The notes: generated from the sequence alone by a model not told the origin. A stretch of 64,000 nucleotides of DNA from Eledone cirrhosa (GCA_964016885.1 OZ024740.1:38440001-38504000); one strand, 5' to 3'. Numbered from the stretch's first letter, positions 49,098-63,930 are shown. A program made the numbers and translations.

Positions 49098-51469
49098 ACA
49101 CCTAATTACATCTCACAGTGTACCTAGCTATATCTTATAGTGCACCTAATTACATTTCACAGAGTACCTACCTATATCTTATAGTGCACCTAATTACATC
49201 TCACAGTGTACCTAGCTATATCTTATAGTACACCTAATTACATCTCACAGTGTACCTAGCTATATCTTATAGTGCACCTAATTACATCTCACAGTGTACC
49301 TAGCTATATCTTATAGTGCACCTAATTACATCTCACAGTGTACCTAGCTATATCTTATAGTGCACCTAATTACATCTCACAGTACACCTAGCTATATCTT
49401 ATAGTGCACCTAATTACATCTCACAGTGTACCTAGCTATATCTTATAGTGCACCTAATTACATCTCACAGTACACCTAGCTATATCTTATAGTGCACCTA
49501 ATTACATCTCACTGTGTACCTAGCTATATCTTATAGTGCACCTAATTACATCTCACAGTGTACCTAGCTATATCTTCTTGTGCAATTAAGTACATCTCAC
49601 AGTGTAGCTAGCTATATCTTATAGTGCACCTAATTACATCTCACAGTGTACTTAGCTATATCTTATAGTGCACCTAATTACATCTCACAGTGTACCTAGC
49701 TATATCTTATAGTGCAATTAAGTACATCTCACAGTGTACCTAGCTATATGTTATAGTGCACCTAATTACATCTCACAGTGTACCTAGCTATATCTTATAG
49801 TACACCTAATTACATCTCACAGTGTACCTAGCTATATCTTATAGTACACCTAATTATATCACACAGTGTACCTAGCTATATCTTATAGTACACCTAATTA
49901 CATCTCACAGTGTACCTAGCTATATCTTATAGTACACCTAATTACATCTCACAGTGTACCTAGCTATATCTTATAGTGCACCTAATTACATCTCACAGTA
50001 TACCTAGCTATATCTTATAGTGCACCTAATTACATCTCACAGTGTACCTAGCTATATCTTATAGTACACCTAATTACATCTCACAGTGTACCTAGCTATA
50101 TCTTATAGTACACCTAATTACATCTCACAGTATACCTAGCTATATCTTATAGTGCACCTAATTACATCTCACAGTGTACCTAGCTATATCTTATAGTACA
50201 CCTAATTACATCTCACAGTGTACCTAGCTATATCTTATAGTACACCTAATTACATCTCACAGTGTACCTAGCTATATCTTATAGTACACCTAATTACATC
50301 TCACACTGTACCTAGCTATATCTTATAGTGCACCTAATTACATCTCACAGTGTACCTAGCTATATCTTATAGTACACCTATTTACATCTCACAGTGTACC
50401 TAGCTATATCTTATAGTACACCTAATTACATCTCACAGTGTACCTAGCTATATCTTATAGTGCACCTAATTACATCTCACAGTGTACCTAGCTATATCTT
50501 ATAGTGCACCTAATTACATCTCACAGTGTACCTAGCTATATCTTATAGTACACCTAATTACATCTCACAGTGTACCTAGCTATATCTTATAGTACACCTA
50601 ATTATATCACACAGTGTACCTAGCTATATCTTATAGTACACCTAATTACATCTCACAGTGTACCTAGCTATATCTTATAGTACACCTAATTACATCTCAC
50701 AGTGTACCTAGCTATATCTTATAGTGCACCTAATTACATCTCACAGTATACCTAGCTATATCTTATAGTGCACCTAATTACATCTCACAGTGTACCTAGC
50801 TATATCTTATAGTACACGTAATTACATCTCACAGTGTACCTAGCTATATCTTATAGTACACCTAATTACATCTCACAGTGTACCTAGCTATATCTTATAG
50901 TACACCTAATTACATCTCACACTGTACCTAGCTATATCTTATAGTACACCTAATTACATCTCACAGTGTACCTAGCTATATCTTATAGTACACCTAATTA
51001 CATCGCACAGTGTACCTAGCTATATCTTATAGTGCACCTAATTACATCTCACAGTGTACCTAGCTATATCTTATAGTGCACCTAATTACATCTCACAGTG
51101 TACCTAGCTATATCTTATAGTACACCTAATTACATCTCACAGTGTACCTAGCTATATCTTATAGTGCACCTAATTACATCTCACAGTGTACCTAGCTATA
51201 TCTTATAGTGCACCTAATTACATCTCACAGTGTACTTAGCCATATCTTATAGTACACCTAATTACATCTCACAGTGTACCTAACTATATCTTATAGTACA
51301 CCTAATTACATCTCACAGTGTACCTAACTATATCTTATAGTGCACCTAATTACATCTCACAGTGTACTTAGCTATATATTATAGTGCACCTAATTATATC
51401 TCACAGTGTACTTAGCTATATCTTATAGTGCACCTAATTACATCTCACAGTGCACCTAGCTATATCTTA

Positions 51470-52310
51470 TGGTACACCTAATTACATCTTATGGTGCACC
51501 TAAATACATTTTATGGTGCACCTAGTTAGATCTTGTGGTGCACCTAAATACATCTTATGGTGCACCTAGTTACATCTTATGCTGCACCTAATTACATCTC
51601 ACAGTGCACCTAGTTACATCTTACGGTGCACCTAGTTACATTTTATGGTGCACCTAATTACATCTCACAGTGCACCTAGTTACATCTTATGGTGCACCTA
51701 ATAACATCTCACAGTGCACCTAGTTACATCTTATGGTGCACCTCATTACATCTCACAGTACACCTAGTTACATCTTATGGTGCACCTAGATACATCTTAT
51801 GGTGCACCTAATTACATCTTTTAGTGCACCTAATTACATCTCACAGTGTACCTAGCTATATATTATAGTGCACCTACTTACATCTCACAGTACCCCTAGT
51901 TACATCTTATGGTGCATCTAATTACATTTCACAGAGTACCTAGCTATATCTTATAGTGCACCTAATTACATCTCACAGTTCCGCTATTTACATCTTATGG
52001 TGCACCTAATTACATCTCACAGTGCACCTAGTTACATATTATAGTACACCTAGTTACATCTTATGGTGCACCTAATTACATCTTATGGTACACCTAGTTA
52101 CATCTTATGGTGCACCTAGTTACTTCTCACAGTACACCTAGTTACATCTTATGGTGCACCTAATTACATCTCACAGTGCACCTAGTTACATCTTATGGTG
52201 TACCTAATTACATCTCACATTACACCTAGCTACATCTTATGGTGCACCTAGATACATCTTATGGTGCACCTAATTACATCTTATAGTACACCTAATTACA
52301 TCTCAGTGTA
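51470..52310 (+). repeat. Long island of C-type monomers; paralogue of 61370-62100
   Basis: The 60-mer at 51481 (…TAAATACATTTTATGG…TAGTTAGATCTTGTGGTG) is identical to the one at 61381. The offset is 9,900 bp. Confidence 0.92.
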
Positions 52311-53349
52311 CCTAGTTATATCTTATAGTGCACCTAATTACATCTCACAGAGTACCTAGCTATATCTTATAGTGCACCTAATTACATCTCACAGTGTACC
52401 TAGCTATATCTTATAGTGCACCTAATTACATCTCACAGTGTCCCTAGCTATATCTTATAGTGCACCTAATTACATCTCAGTGTCCCTAGCTATATCTTAT
52501 CATGCACCTAATTACATTTCACAGAGTACCTAGCTATATCTTATAGTGCACCTAATTACATCTCACAGTGTACCTAGCTATATCTTATAGTGCACCTAAT
52601 TACATCTCACAGTGTACCTAGCTATATCTTATAGTGCACCTAATTACATCTCACAGTGTACCTAGCTATATCTTTTAGTGCACCTAATTACATCTCACAG
52701 TATACCTAGCTATATCTTATAGTGCACCTAATTATATCTCACAGTGTACCTAGCTATATCTGATAGTGCACATAATTACATCTCACAGTGTACCTAGCTA
52801 TATCTTTTAGTGCACCTAATTACATCTCACAGTGTACCTAGCTATATCTTATAGTACACCTAATTACATCTAACAGTGTCCCTAGCTATATGTTATAGTG
52901 CACCTAATTACATCTCATAGTATACCTAGCTATATCTTATGGTGCACCTAATTACATCTCACAGTGTACCTAGCTATATCTTATAGTACACCTAATTACA
53001 TCTCACAGTGTCCCTAGCTATATCTTATAGTGCACCTAATTACATCTCACAGTATACCTAGCTATATCTTATAGTGCACCTAATTACATCTCACAGTATA
53101 CCTAGCTATATCTTATAGTGCTCCTAATTACATCTCACAGTGTACCTAGCTATATCTTATAGTGCAATTAAGTACATCTCACAGTGTACCTAGCTATATC
53201 TTATAGTGCACCTAATTACATCTCACAGTGTACCTAGCTATATCTTATAGTGCAATTAAGTACATCTCACAGTGTACCTAGCTATATCTTATAGTGCACC
53301 TAATTACATCTCACAGTATACCTAGCTATATCTTATAGTGCACCTAATT

Positions 53350-56300
53350 ACATCTCACAGTGTACCTAGCTATATCTTATAGTACACCTAATTACATCTC
53401 ACAGTGTACCTAGCTATATCTTATAGTACACCTAATTACATCTCACAGTGTACCTAGCTATATCTTATAGTGCACCTAATTACATCACACGGTGTACCTA
53501 GCTATATCTTATAGTGCACCTAATTACATCTCACAGTGTACGTAGCTATATCTTATAGTACACCTAATTACATCTCACAGTGTACCTAGCTATATCTTAT
53601 AGTGGACCTACTTTACATCTCACAGTGTACCTAGCTATATCTTATAGTACACCTAATTACATCTCACAGTGTACCTAGCTATATCTTATAGTACACCTAA
53701 TTACATCTCACAGTGTACCTAGCTATATCTTATAGTACACCTAATTACATCTCACAGTGTACCTAGCTATATCTTATAGTGCACCTAATTACATCTCACA
53801 GTGTACCTAGCTATATGTTATAGTGCACCTAATTACATCTCACAGTGTACCTAGCTATATCTTATAGTGCACCTAATTACATCTCACAGTGTACCTAGCT
53901 ATATCTTGTAGTGCACCTAATTACATCTCACAGCGTACCTAGCTATATCTTATAGTGCACCTAATTATATCTCACAGTGTACCTAGCTATATCTTATAGT
54001 GCACCTAATTACATCTCACGGTGTACCTAGCTATATATTATAGTGCACCTAATTACATCGCACAAAACACCTAGCTATATCTTATAGTGCACCTAATTAC
54101 ATCTCACAGTGTACCTAGCTATATCTTATAATGCACCTAATTACATCTCACAGTGTACCTAGCTATATCTTATAGTGCACCTAATTACATCTCACAGTAC
54201 ACCTAGCTATATCTTATAGTGCACCTAGTTACATCTTAAGGTACACCTAATTACATATCACAGTGTACCTAGCTATATCTTATAGTACACCAAATTACAT
54301 CTCACAGTGTACCTAGCTATATCTTATAGTGCACCTAATTACATCGCACAAAACACCTAGCTATATCTTATAGTGCACCTAATTACATCTCACAGTGTAC
54401 CTAGCTATATCTTATAGTGCACCTAATTACATCTCACAGTGTACCTAACTATATCTGATAGTGCACCTAATTACATCTCACAGTGTACCTAGCTATATCT
54501 TATAGTACACCTAATTACATTTCACAGAGTACCTACCTATATCTTATAGTGCACCTAATTACATCTCACACTGTACCTAGCTATATCTTATAGTACACCT
54601 AATTACATCTCACAGTGTACCTAGCTATATCTTATAGTGCACCTAATTACATCTCACAGTGTACCTAGATATATCTTATAGTACACCTAATTACATCTCA
54701 CAGTGTACCTAGCTATATCTTATAGTGCACCTAATTACATCTCACAGTGTACCTAGATATATCTTATAGTACACCTAATTACATTTCACAGAGTACCTAC
54801 CTATATCTTATAGTGCACCTAATTACATCTCACACTGTACCTAGCTATATCTTATAGTGCACCTAATTACATCTCACAGTATACCTAGCTATATCTTATA
54901 GTGCACCTAATTACATCTCACAGTGTACCTAGATATATCTTATAGTACACCTAATTACATCTCACAGTGTACCTACCTATATCTGATAGTGCCCATAATT
55001 ACATCTCACAGTGTACCTAGCTATATCTTATAGTGCCCCTAATTACATCTCACAGTGTACCTAGCTATATCTTATAGTACACCTAATTACATCTCACAGT
55101 GTCCCTAGCTATATCTTACAGTGCACCTAATTACATCTCACAGTATACCTAGCTATATCTTATAGTGCACCTAATTACATCTCACTGTGTACCTAGCTAT
55201 ATCTTATAGTGCACCTAATTACATCTCACAGTGTACCTAGCTATATCTTCTTGTGCAATTAAGTACATCTCACAGTGTAGCTAGCTATATCTTATAGTGC
55301 ACCTAATTACATCTCACAGTGTACTTAGCTATATCTTATAGTGCACCTAATTACATCTCACAGTGTACCTAGCTATATCTTATAGTGCAATTAAGTACAT
55401 CTCACAGTGTACCTAGCTATATCTTATAGTGCACCTAATTACATCTCACAGTGTACCTAGCTATATCTTATAGTACACCTAATTACATCTCACAGTGTAC
55501 CTAGCTATATCTTATAGTACACCTAATTACATCTCACAGTGTACCTAGCTATATCTTATAGTACACCTAATTACATCTCACAGTGTACCTAGCTATATCT
55601 TATAGTGCACCTAATTACATCTCACAGTATACCTAGCTATGTCTTATAGTGCACCTAATTACATCTCACAGTGTACCTAGCTATATCTTATAGTACACCT
55701 AATTACATCTCTCAGTGTACCTAGCTATAACTTATAGTACACCTAATTACATCTCACAGTATACCTAGCTATATCTTATAGTGCACCTAATTACATCTCA
55801 CAGTGTACCTAGCTATATCTTATAGTACACCTAATTACATCTCACAGTGTACCTAGCCATATCTTATAGTACACCTAATTACATCTCACAGTGTACCTAG
55901 CTATATCTTATAGTACACCTAATTACATCTCACACTGTACCTAGCTATATCTTACAGTGCACCTAATTACATCTCACAGTGTACCTAGCTATATCTTATA
56001 GTACACCTAATTACATCTCACAGTGTACCTAGCTATATCTTATAGTACACCTAATTACATCTCACAGTGTACCTAGCTATATCTTATAGTGCACCTAATT
56101 ACATCACACGGTGTACCTAGCTATATCTTATAGTGCACCTAATTACATCTCACAGTGTACGTAGCTATATCTTATAGTACACCTAATTACATCTCACAGT
56201 GTACCTAGCTATATCTTATAGTGGACCTACTTTACATCTCACAGTGTACCTAGCTATATCTTATAGTACACCTAATTACATCTCACAGTGTACCTAGCTA

Positions 56301-59300
56301 TATCTTATAGTACACCTAATTACATCTCACAGTGTACCTAGCTATATCTTATAGTACACCTAATTACATCTCACAGTGTACCTAGCTATATCTTATAGTG
56401 CACCTAATTACATCTCACCGTGTACCTAGCTATATGTTATAGTGCACCTAATTACATCTCACAGTGTACCTAGCTATATCTTATAGTGCACCTAATTACA
56501 TCTCACAGTGTACCTAGCTATATCTTGTAGTGCACCTAATTACATCTCACAGCGTACCTAGCTATATCTTATAGTGCACCTAATTATATCTCACAGTGTA
56601 CCTAGCTATATCTTATAGTGCACCTAATTACATCTCACGGTGTACCTAGCTATATATTATAGTGCACCTAATTACATCGCACAAAACACCTAGCTATATC
56701 TTATAGTGCACCTAATTACATCTCACAGTGTACCTAGCTATATCTTATAATGCACCTAATTACATCTCACAGTGTACCTAGCTATATCTTATAGTGCACC
56801 TAATTACATCTCACAGTACACCTAGCTATATCTTATAGTGCACCTAGTTACATCTTAAGGTACACCTAATTACATATCACAGTGTACCTAGCTATATCTT
56901 ATAGTACACCAAATTACATCTCACAGTGTACCTAGCTATATCTTATAGTGCACCTAATTACATCGCACAAAACACCTAGCTATATCTTATAGTGCACCTA
57001 ATTACATCTCACAGTGTACCTAGCTATATCTTATAGTGCACCTAATTACATCTCACAGTGTACCTAACTATATCTGATAGTGCACCTAATTACATCTCAC
57101 AGTGTACCTAGCTATATCTTATAGTACACCTAATTACATTTCACAGAGTACCTACCTATATCTTATAGTGCACCTAATTACATCTCACACTGTACCTAGC
57201 TATATCTTATAGTACACCTAATTAAATCTCACAGTGTACCTAGCTATATCTTATAGTGCACCTAATTACATCTCACAGTGTACCTAGATATATCTTATAG
57301 TACACCTAATTACATCTCACAGTGTACCTAGCTATATCTTATAGTGCACCTAATTACATCTCACAGTGTACCTAGATATATCTTATAGTACACCTAATTA
57401 CATTTCACAGAGTACCTACCTATATCTTATAGTGCACCTAATTACATCTCACACTGTACCTAGCTATATCTTATAGTGCACCTAATTACATCTCACAGTA
57501 TACCTAGCTATATCTTATAGTGCACCTAATTACATCTCACAGTGTACCTAGATATATCTTATAGTACACCTAATTACATCTCACAGTGTACCTACCTATA
57601 TCTGATAGTGCCCATAATTACATCTCACAGTGTACCTAGCTATATCTTATAGTGCCCCTAATTACATCTCACAGTGTACCTAGCTATATCTTATAGTACA
57701 CCTAATTACATCTCACAGTGTCCCTAGCTATATCTTACAGTGCACCTAATTACATCTCACAGTATACCTAGCTATATCTTATAGTGCACCTAATTACATC
57801 TCACTGTGTACCTAGCTATATCTTATAGTGCACCTAATTACATCTCACAGTGTACCTAGCTATATCTTCTTGTGCAATTAAGTACATCTCACAGTGTAGC
57901 TAGCTATATCTTATAGTGCACCTAATTACATCTCACAGTGTACTTAGCTATATCTTATAGTGCACCTAATTACATCTCACAGTGTACCTAGCTATATCTT
58001 ATAGTGCAATTAAGTACATCTCACAGTGTACCTAGCTATATCTTATAGTGCACCTAATTACATCTCACAGTGTACCTAGCTATATCTTATAGTACACCTA
58101 ATTACATCTCACAGTGTACCTAGCTATATCTTATAGTACACCTAATTACATCTCACAGTGTACCTAGCTATATCTTATAGTACACCTAATTACATCTCAC
58201 AGTATACCTAGCTATATCTTATAGTGCACCTAATTACATCTCACAGTGTACCTAGCTATATCTTATAGTACACCTAATTACATCTCACAGTGTACCTAGC
58301 TATATCTTATAGTACACCTAATTACATCTCACAGTGTACCTAGCTATATCTTATAGTGCACCTAATTACATCACACGGTGTACCTAGCTATATCTTATAG
58401 TGCACCTAATTACATCTCACAGTGTACGTAGCTATATCTTATAGTACACCTAATTACATCTCACAGTGTACCTAGCTATATCTTATAGTGGACCTACTTT
58501 ACATCTCACAGTGTACCTAGCTATATCTTATAGTACACCTAATTACATCTCACAGTGTACCTAGCTATATCTTATAGTACACCTAATTACATCTCACAGT
58601 GTACCTAGCTATATCTTATAGTACATTCTAATTACATCTCACAGTGTACCTAGCTATATCTTATAGTGCACCTAATTACATCTCACAGTGTACCTAGCTA
58701 TATGTTATAGTGCACCTAATTACATCTCACAGTGTACCTAGCTATATCTTATAGTGCACCTAATTACATCTCACAGTGTACCTAGCTATATCTTGTAGTG
58801 CACCTAATTACATCTCACAGCGTACCTAGCTATATCTTATAGTGCACCTAATTATATCTCACAGTGTACCTAGCTATATCTTATAGTGCACCTAATTACA
58901 TCTCACGGTGTACCTAGCTATATATTATAGTGCACCTAATTACATCGCACAAAACACCTAGCTATATCTTATAGTGCACCTAATTACATCTCACAGTGTA
59001 CCTAGCTATATCTTATAATGCACCTAATTACATCTCACAGTGTACCTAGCTATATCTTATAGTGCACCTAATTACATCTCACAGTACACCTAGCTATATC
59101 TTATAGTGCACCTAGTTACATCTTAAGGTACACCTAATTACATATCACAGTGTACCTAGCTATATCTTATAGTACACCAAATTACATCTCACAGTGTACC
59201 TAGCTATATCTTATAGTGCACCTAATTACATCGCACAAAACACCTAGCTATATCTTATAGTGCACCTAATTACATCTCACAGTGTACCTAGCTATATCTT

Positions 59301-60950
59301 ATAGTGCACCTAATTACATCTCACAGTGTACCTAACTATATCTGATAGTGCACCTAATTACATCTCACAGTGTACCTAGCTATATCTTATAGTACACCTA
59401 ATTACATTTCACAGAGTACCTACCTATATCTTATAGTGCACCTAATTACATCTCACACTGTACCTAGCTATATCTTATAGTACACCTAATTAAATCTCAC
59501 AGTGTACCTAGCTATATCTTATAGTGCACCTAATTACATCTCACAGTGTACCTAGATATATCTTATAGTACACCTAATTACATCTCACAGTGTACCTAGC
59601 TATATCTTATAGTGCACCTAATTACATCTCACAGTGTACCTAGATATATCTTATAGTACACCTAATTACATTTCACAGAGTACCTACCTATATCTTATAG
59701 TGCACCTAATTACATCTCACACTGTACCTAGCTATATCTTATAGTGCACCTAATTACATCTCACAGTATACCTAGCTATATCTTATAGTGCACCTAATTA
59801 CATCTCACAGTGTACCTAGATATATCTTATAGTACACCTAATTACATCTCACAGTGTACCTACCTATATCTGATAGTGCCCATAATTACATCTCACAGTG
59901 TACCTAGCTATATCTTATAGTGCCCCTAATTACATCTCACAGTGTACCTAGCTATATCTTATAGTACACCTAATTACATCTCACAGTGTCCCTAGCTATA
60001 TCTTACAGTGCACCTAATTACATCTCACAGTATACCTAGCTATATCTTATAGTGCACCTAATTACATCTCACTGTGTACCTAGCTATATCTTATAGTGCA
60101 CCTAATTACATCTCACAGTGTACCTAGCTATATCTTCTTGTGCAATTAAGTACATCTCACAGTGTAGCTAGCTATATCTTATAGTGCACCTAATTACATC
60201 TCACAGTGTACTTAGCTATATCTTATAGTGCACCTAATTACATCTCACAGTGTACCTAGCTATATCTTATAGTGCAATTAAGTACATCTCACAGTGTACC
60301 TAGCTATATCTTATAGTGCACCTAATTACATCTCACAGTGTACCTAGCTATATCTTATAGTACACCTAATTACATCTCACAGTGTACCTAGCTATATCTT
60401 ATAGTACACCTAATTACATCTCACAGTGTACCTAGCTATATCTTATAGTACACCTAATTACATCTCACAGTGTACCTAGCTATATCTTATAGTGCACCTA
60501 ATTACATCTCACAGTATACCTAGCTATGTCTTATAGTGCACCTAATTACATCTCACAGTGTACCTAGCTATATCTTATAGTACACCTAATTACATCTCTC
60601 AGTGTACCTAGCTATAACTTATAGTACACCTAATTACATCTCACAGTATACCTAGCTATATCTTATAGTGCACCTAATTACATCTCACAGTGTACCTAGC
60701 TATATCTTATAGTACACCTAATTACATCTCACAGTGTACCTAGCCATATCTTATAGTACACCTAATTACATCTCACAGTGTACCTAGCTATATCTTATAG
60801 TACACCTAATTACATCTCACACTGTACCTAGCTATATCTTACAGTGCACCTAATTACATCTCACAGTGTACCTAGCTATATCTTATAGTACACCTAATTA
60901 CATCTCACAGTGTACCTAGCTATATCTTATAGTACACCTAATTACATCTC
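53350..60950 (+). repeat. Three tandem copies of a 2.3-2.6-kb higher-order repeat
   Basis: GGACCTACTTT at 53604/56223/58490; paired CGCACAAAACACC starting at 54059/56678/58946; GCCCATAATT and TCTTCTTGTGCAATTAAG once per copy. Offsets are 2,619 and 2,267-2,268. Confidence 0.93.
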
Positions 60951-61369
60951 ACAGTGTACCTAGCTATATCTTATAGTGCACCTAATTACATCTCACAGTG
61001 TACCTAGCTATATCTTAAAGTGCACCTAATTACATCTCACAGTATACCTAGCTATATCTTATAGTACACCTAATTACATCTCACAGTGTACCTAGCTATA
61101 TCTTATAGTGCACCTAATTACATCTCACAGTGTACTAAGCTATATCTTATAGTACACCTAATTACATCTCACAGTGTACCTAACTATATCTTATAGTACA
61201 CCTAATTACATCTCACAGTGTACCTAACTATATCTTATAGTGCACCTAATTAAATCTCACAGTGTACTTAGCTATATCTTATAGTGCACCTAATTATATC
61301 TCACAGTGTACTTAGCTATATATTATAGTGCACCTAATTACATCTCACAGTGCACCTAGCTATATCTTA

Positions 61370-62100
61370 TGGTACACCTAATTACATCTTATGGTGCACC
61401 TAAATACATTTTATGGTGCACCTAGTTAGATCTTGTGGTGCACCTAAATACATCTTATGGTGCACCTAGTTACATCTTATGGTGCACCTAATTACATCTC
61501 ACAGTGCACCCAGTTACATCTTACGGTGCACCTAGTTACATTTTATGGTGCACCTAATTACATCTCACAGTGCACCTGGTTACATCTTATGGTGCACCTA
61601 ATAACATCTCACAGTGCACCTAGTTACATCTTATGGTGCACCTCATTACATCTCACAGTACACCTAGTTACATCTTATGGTGCACCTAGATACATCTTAT
61701 GGTGCACCTAATTACATCTTTTAGTGCACCTAATTACATCTCACAGTGTACCTAGCTATATATTATAGTGCACCTACTTACATCTCACAGTACCCCTAGT
61801 TACATCTTATGGTGCATCTAATTACATTTCACAGAGTACCTAGCTATATCTTATAGTGCACCTAATTACATCTCACAGTTCCACTATTTACATCTTATGG
61901 TGCACCTAATTACATCTCACAGTGCACCTAATTACATCTTATGGTACACCTAGTTACATCTTATGGTGCACCTAGTTACTTCTCACAGTACACCTAGTTA
62001 CATCTTATGGTGCACCTAATTACATCTCACAGTGCACCTAGATACATCTTATGGTGCACCTAATTACATCTTATAGTACACCTAATTACATCTCAGTGTA
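61370..62100 (+). repeat. Long island of C-type monomers; paralogue of 51470-52310
   Basis: Same rare variants (TAGTTAGATC, TAATAACATC, CCTCATTAC, TACCCCTAG, AGTTCC[AG]CTATTTAC), with a few SNPs and monomer-sized deletions. Confidence 0.92.
61457..61711 (+). other. Satellite-derived 84-codon open reading frame (22-aa periodic); no evidence that it is a gene
   Basis: Lies wholly within satellite monomers. The ATG comes from TATGGTG of the C monomer, and the 22-aa period equals 3 x 22 bp. I recognise no protein domain. The confidence given is for it being a functional coding sequence. Confidence 0.05.
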
Positions 62101-63309
62101 CCTAGCTATATCTTATAGTGCACCTAATTACATTTCACAGAGTACCTAGCTATATCTTATAGTGCACCTAATTACATCTCACAGAGTACCTAGCTATATC
62201 TTATAGTGCACCTAATTACATCTCACAGTGTACCTAGCTATATCTTATAGTGCACCTAATCACATTTCACAGAGTACCTAGCTATATCTTATAGTGCACC
62301 TAATTACATCTCACAGTGTCCCTAGCTATATCTTATAGTGCACCTAATTACATCTCAGTGTACCTAGCTATATCTTATAGTGCACCTAATTACATCTCAC
62401 AGTGTACCTAGCTATATCTTATAGTGCACCTAATTACATCTCACAGTATACCTAGCTATATCTTATAGTGCACCTAATTACATCTCACAGTATACCTAGC
62501 TATATCTTATAGTGCAATTAAGTACATCTCACAGTGTACCTAGCTATATCTTATAGTGCTCCTAATTACATCTCACAGTGTACCTAGCTATATCTTATAG
62601 TGCAATTAAGTACATCTCACAGTGTACCTAGCTATATCTTATAGTGCACCTAATTACATCTCACAGTGTACCTAGCTATATCTTATAGTGCAATTAAGTA
62701 CATCTCACAGTGTACCTAGCTATATCTTATAGTGCACCTAATTACATCTCACAGTATACCTACCTATATCTTATAGTGCACCTAATTACATCTCACAGTG
62801 TACCTAGCTCTATCTTATAGTACACCTAATTACATCTCACAGTGTACCTAGCTATATCTTATAGTACACCTAATTACATCTCACAGTGTACCTAGCTATA
62901 TCTTATAGTGCACCTAATTACATCTCACAGTGTACCTAGCTATATCTTATAGTGCACCTAATTACATCTCACAGTGTACCTAGCTATATCTTATAGTGCA
63001 CCTAATTACATCTCACAGCGTACCTAGCTATATCTTATAGTGCACCTAATTATATCTCACAGTGTACCTAGCTATATCTTATAGTGCACCTAATTACATC
63101 TCACGGTGTACCTAGCTATATCTTATAGTGCACCTAATTACATCGCACAAAACACCTAGCTATATCTTATAGTGTACCTAATTACATCTCACAGTGTACC
63201 TAGCTATATCTTATAGTGCACCTAATTACATCTCACAGTGTACCTAGCAATATCTTATAGTGCAGCTAATTACATCTCACAGTACACCTAGCTATATCTT
63301 ATAGTGCAC

Positions 63310-63930
63310 CTAGTTACATCTTAAGGTACACCTAATTACATCTCACAGTGCACCTAGTTACATCTTATGGTGTACCTAATTACATCTCACAGTGCACCTA
63401 GTTACATATTATAGAGCACCTAGTTACATTTTATGGTGCACCTAATTACATCTCTCAGTGCACCTAGTTACATCTTATGGTGCACCTAATTACATCTCAC
63501 GGTGCACCTAGTTACATCTTATGGTGCACCTAATTACATCTCACAGTACACCTAGCTACATCTTATGGTGCACCTAGTTACATCTTATGGTACACCTAGT
63601 TACATCTTATGGCGCACCTAGATACATCTTATGGCGCACCTAGATACATCTTATGGTGCACCTAATTACATCTTATAGTACACCTAATTACATCTCAGTG
63701 TACCTAGCTATATCTTATAGTGCACCTAATTACATCTCACAGTGTACCTAGCTATATCTTACAGTGCACCTAATTGCATCTCACAGTGTACCTAGCTATA
63801 TCTTATAGTGCACCTAATTACATTTCACAGAGTACTTAGCTATATCTTGTAGTGCACCTAATTACATTTCACAGAGTACCTAGCTATATCTTATAGTGCA
63901 CCTAATTACATTTCACAGTGTACCTAGCTA
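63310..63930 (+). repeat. C-monomer island and flank, a diverged relative of about 18200-18870 and 47810-48480
   Basis: Shared TCTCTCAGTG, CACGGTGC, TAGCTACATC, GGCGCACCTAGATA (doubled here, 63611 and 63633), TAATTGCATC and TCTTGTAG. Confidence 0.88.

Noticed and set aside
54059-54072. ACAAAACACC as an RSS nonamer
   Set aside because: It is an imperfect match lying about 38 bp from the preceding (variant CACGGTG) heptamer, not 12 or 23, and it replaces a heptamer itself.
61457-61711. Genuine protein-coding gene or Cys/His zinc-finger repeat
   Set aside because: The Cys/His periodicity is simply TGCACC read in different frames. The spacing is not C2H2-like and the paralogous island has stops.
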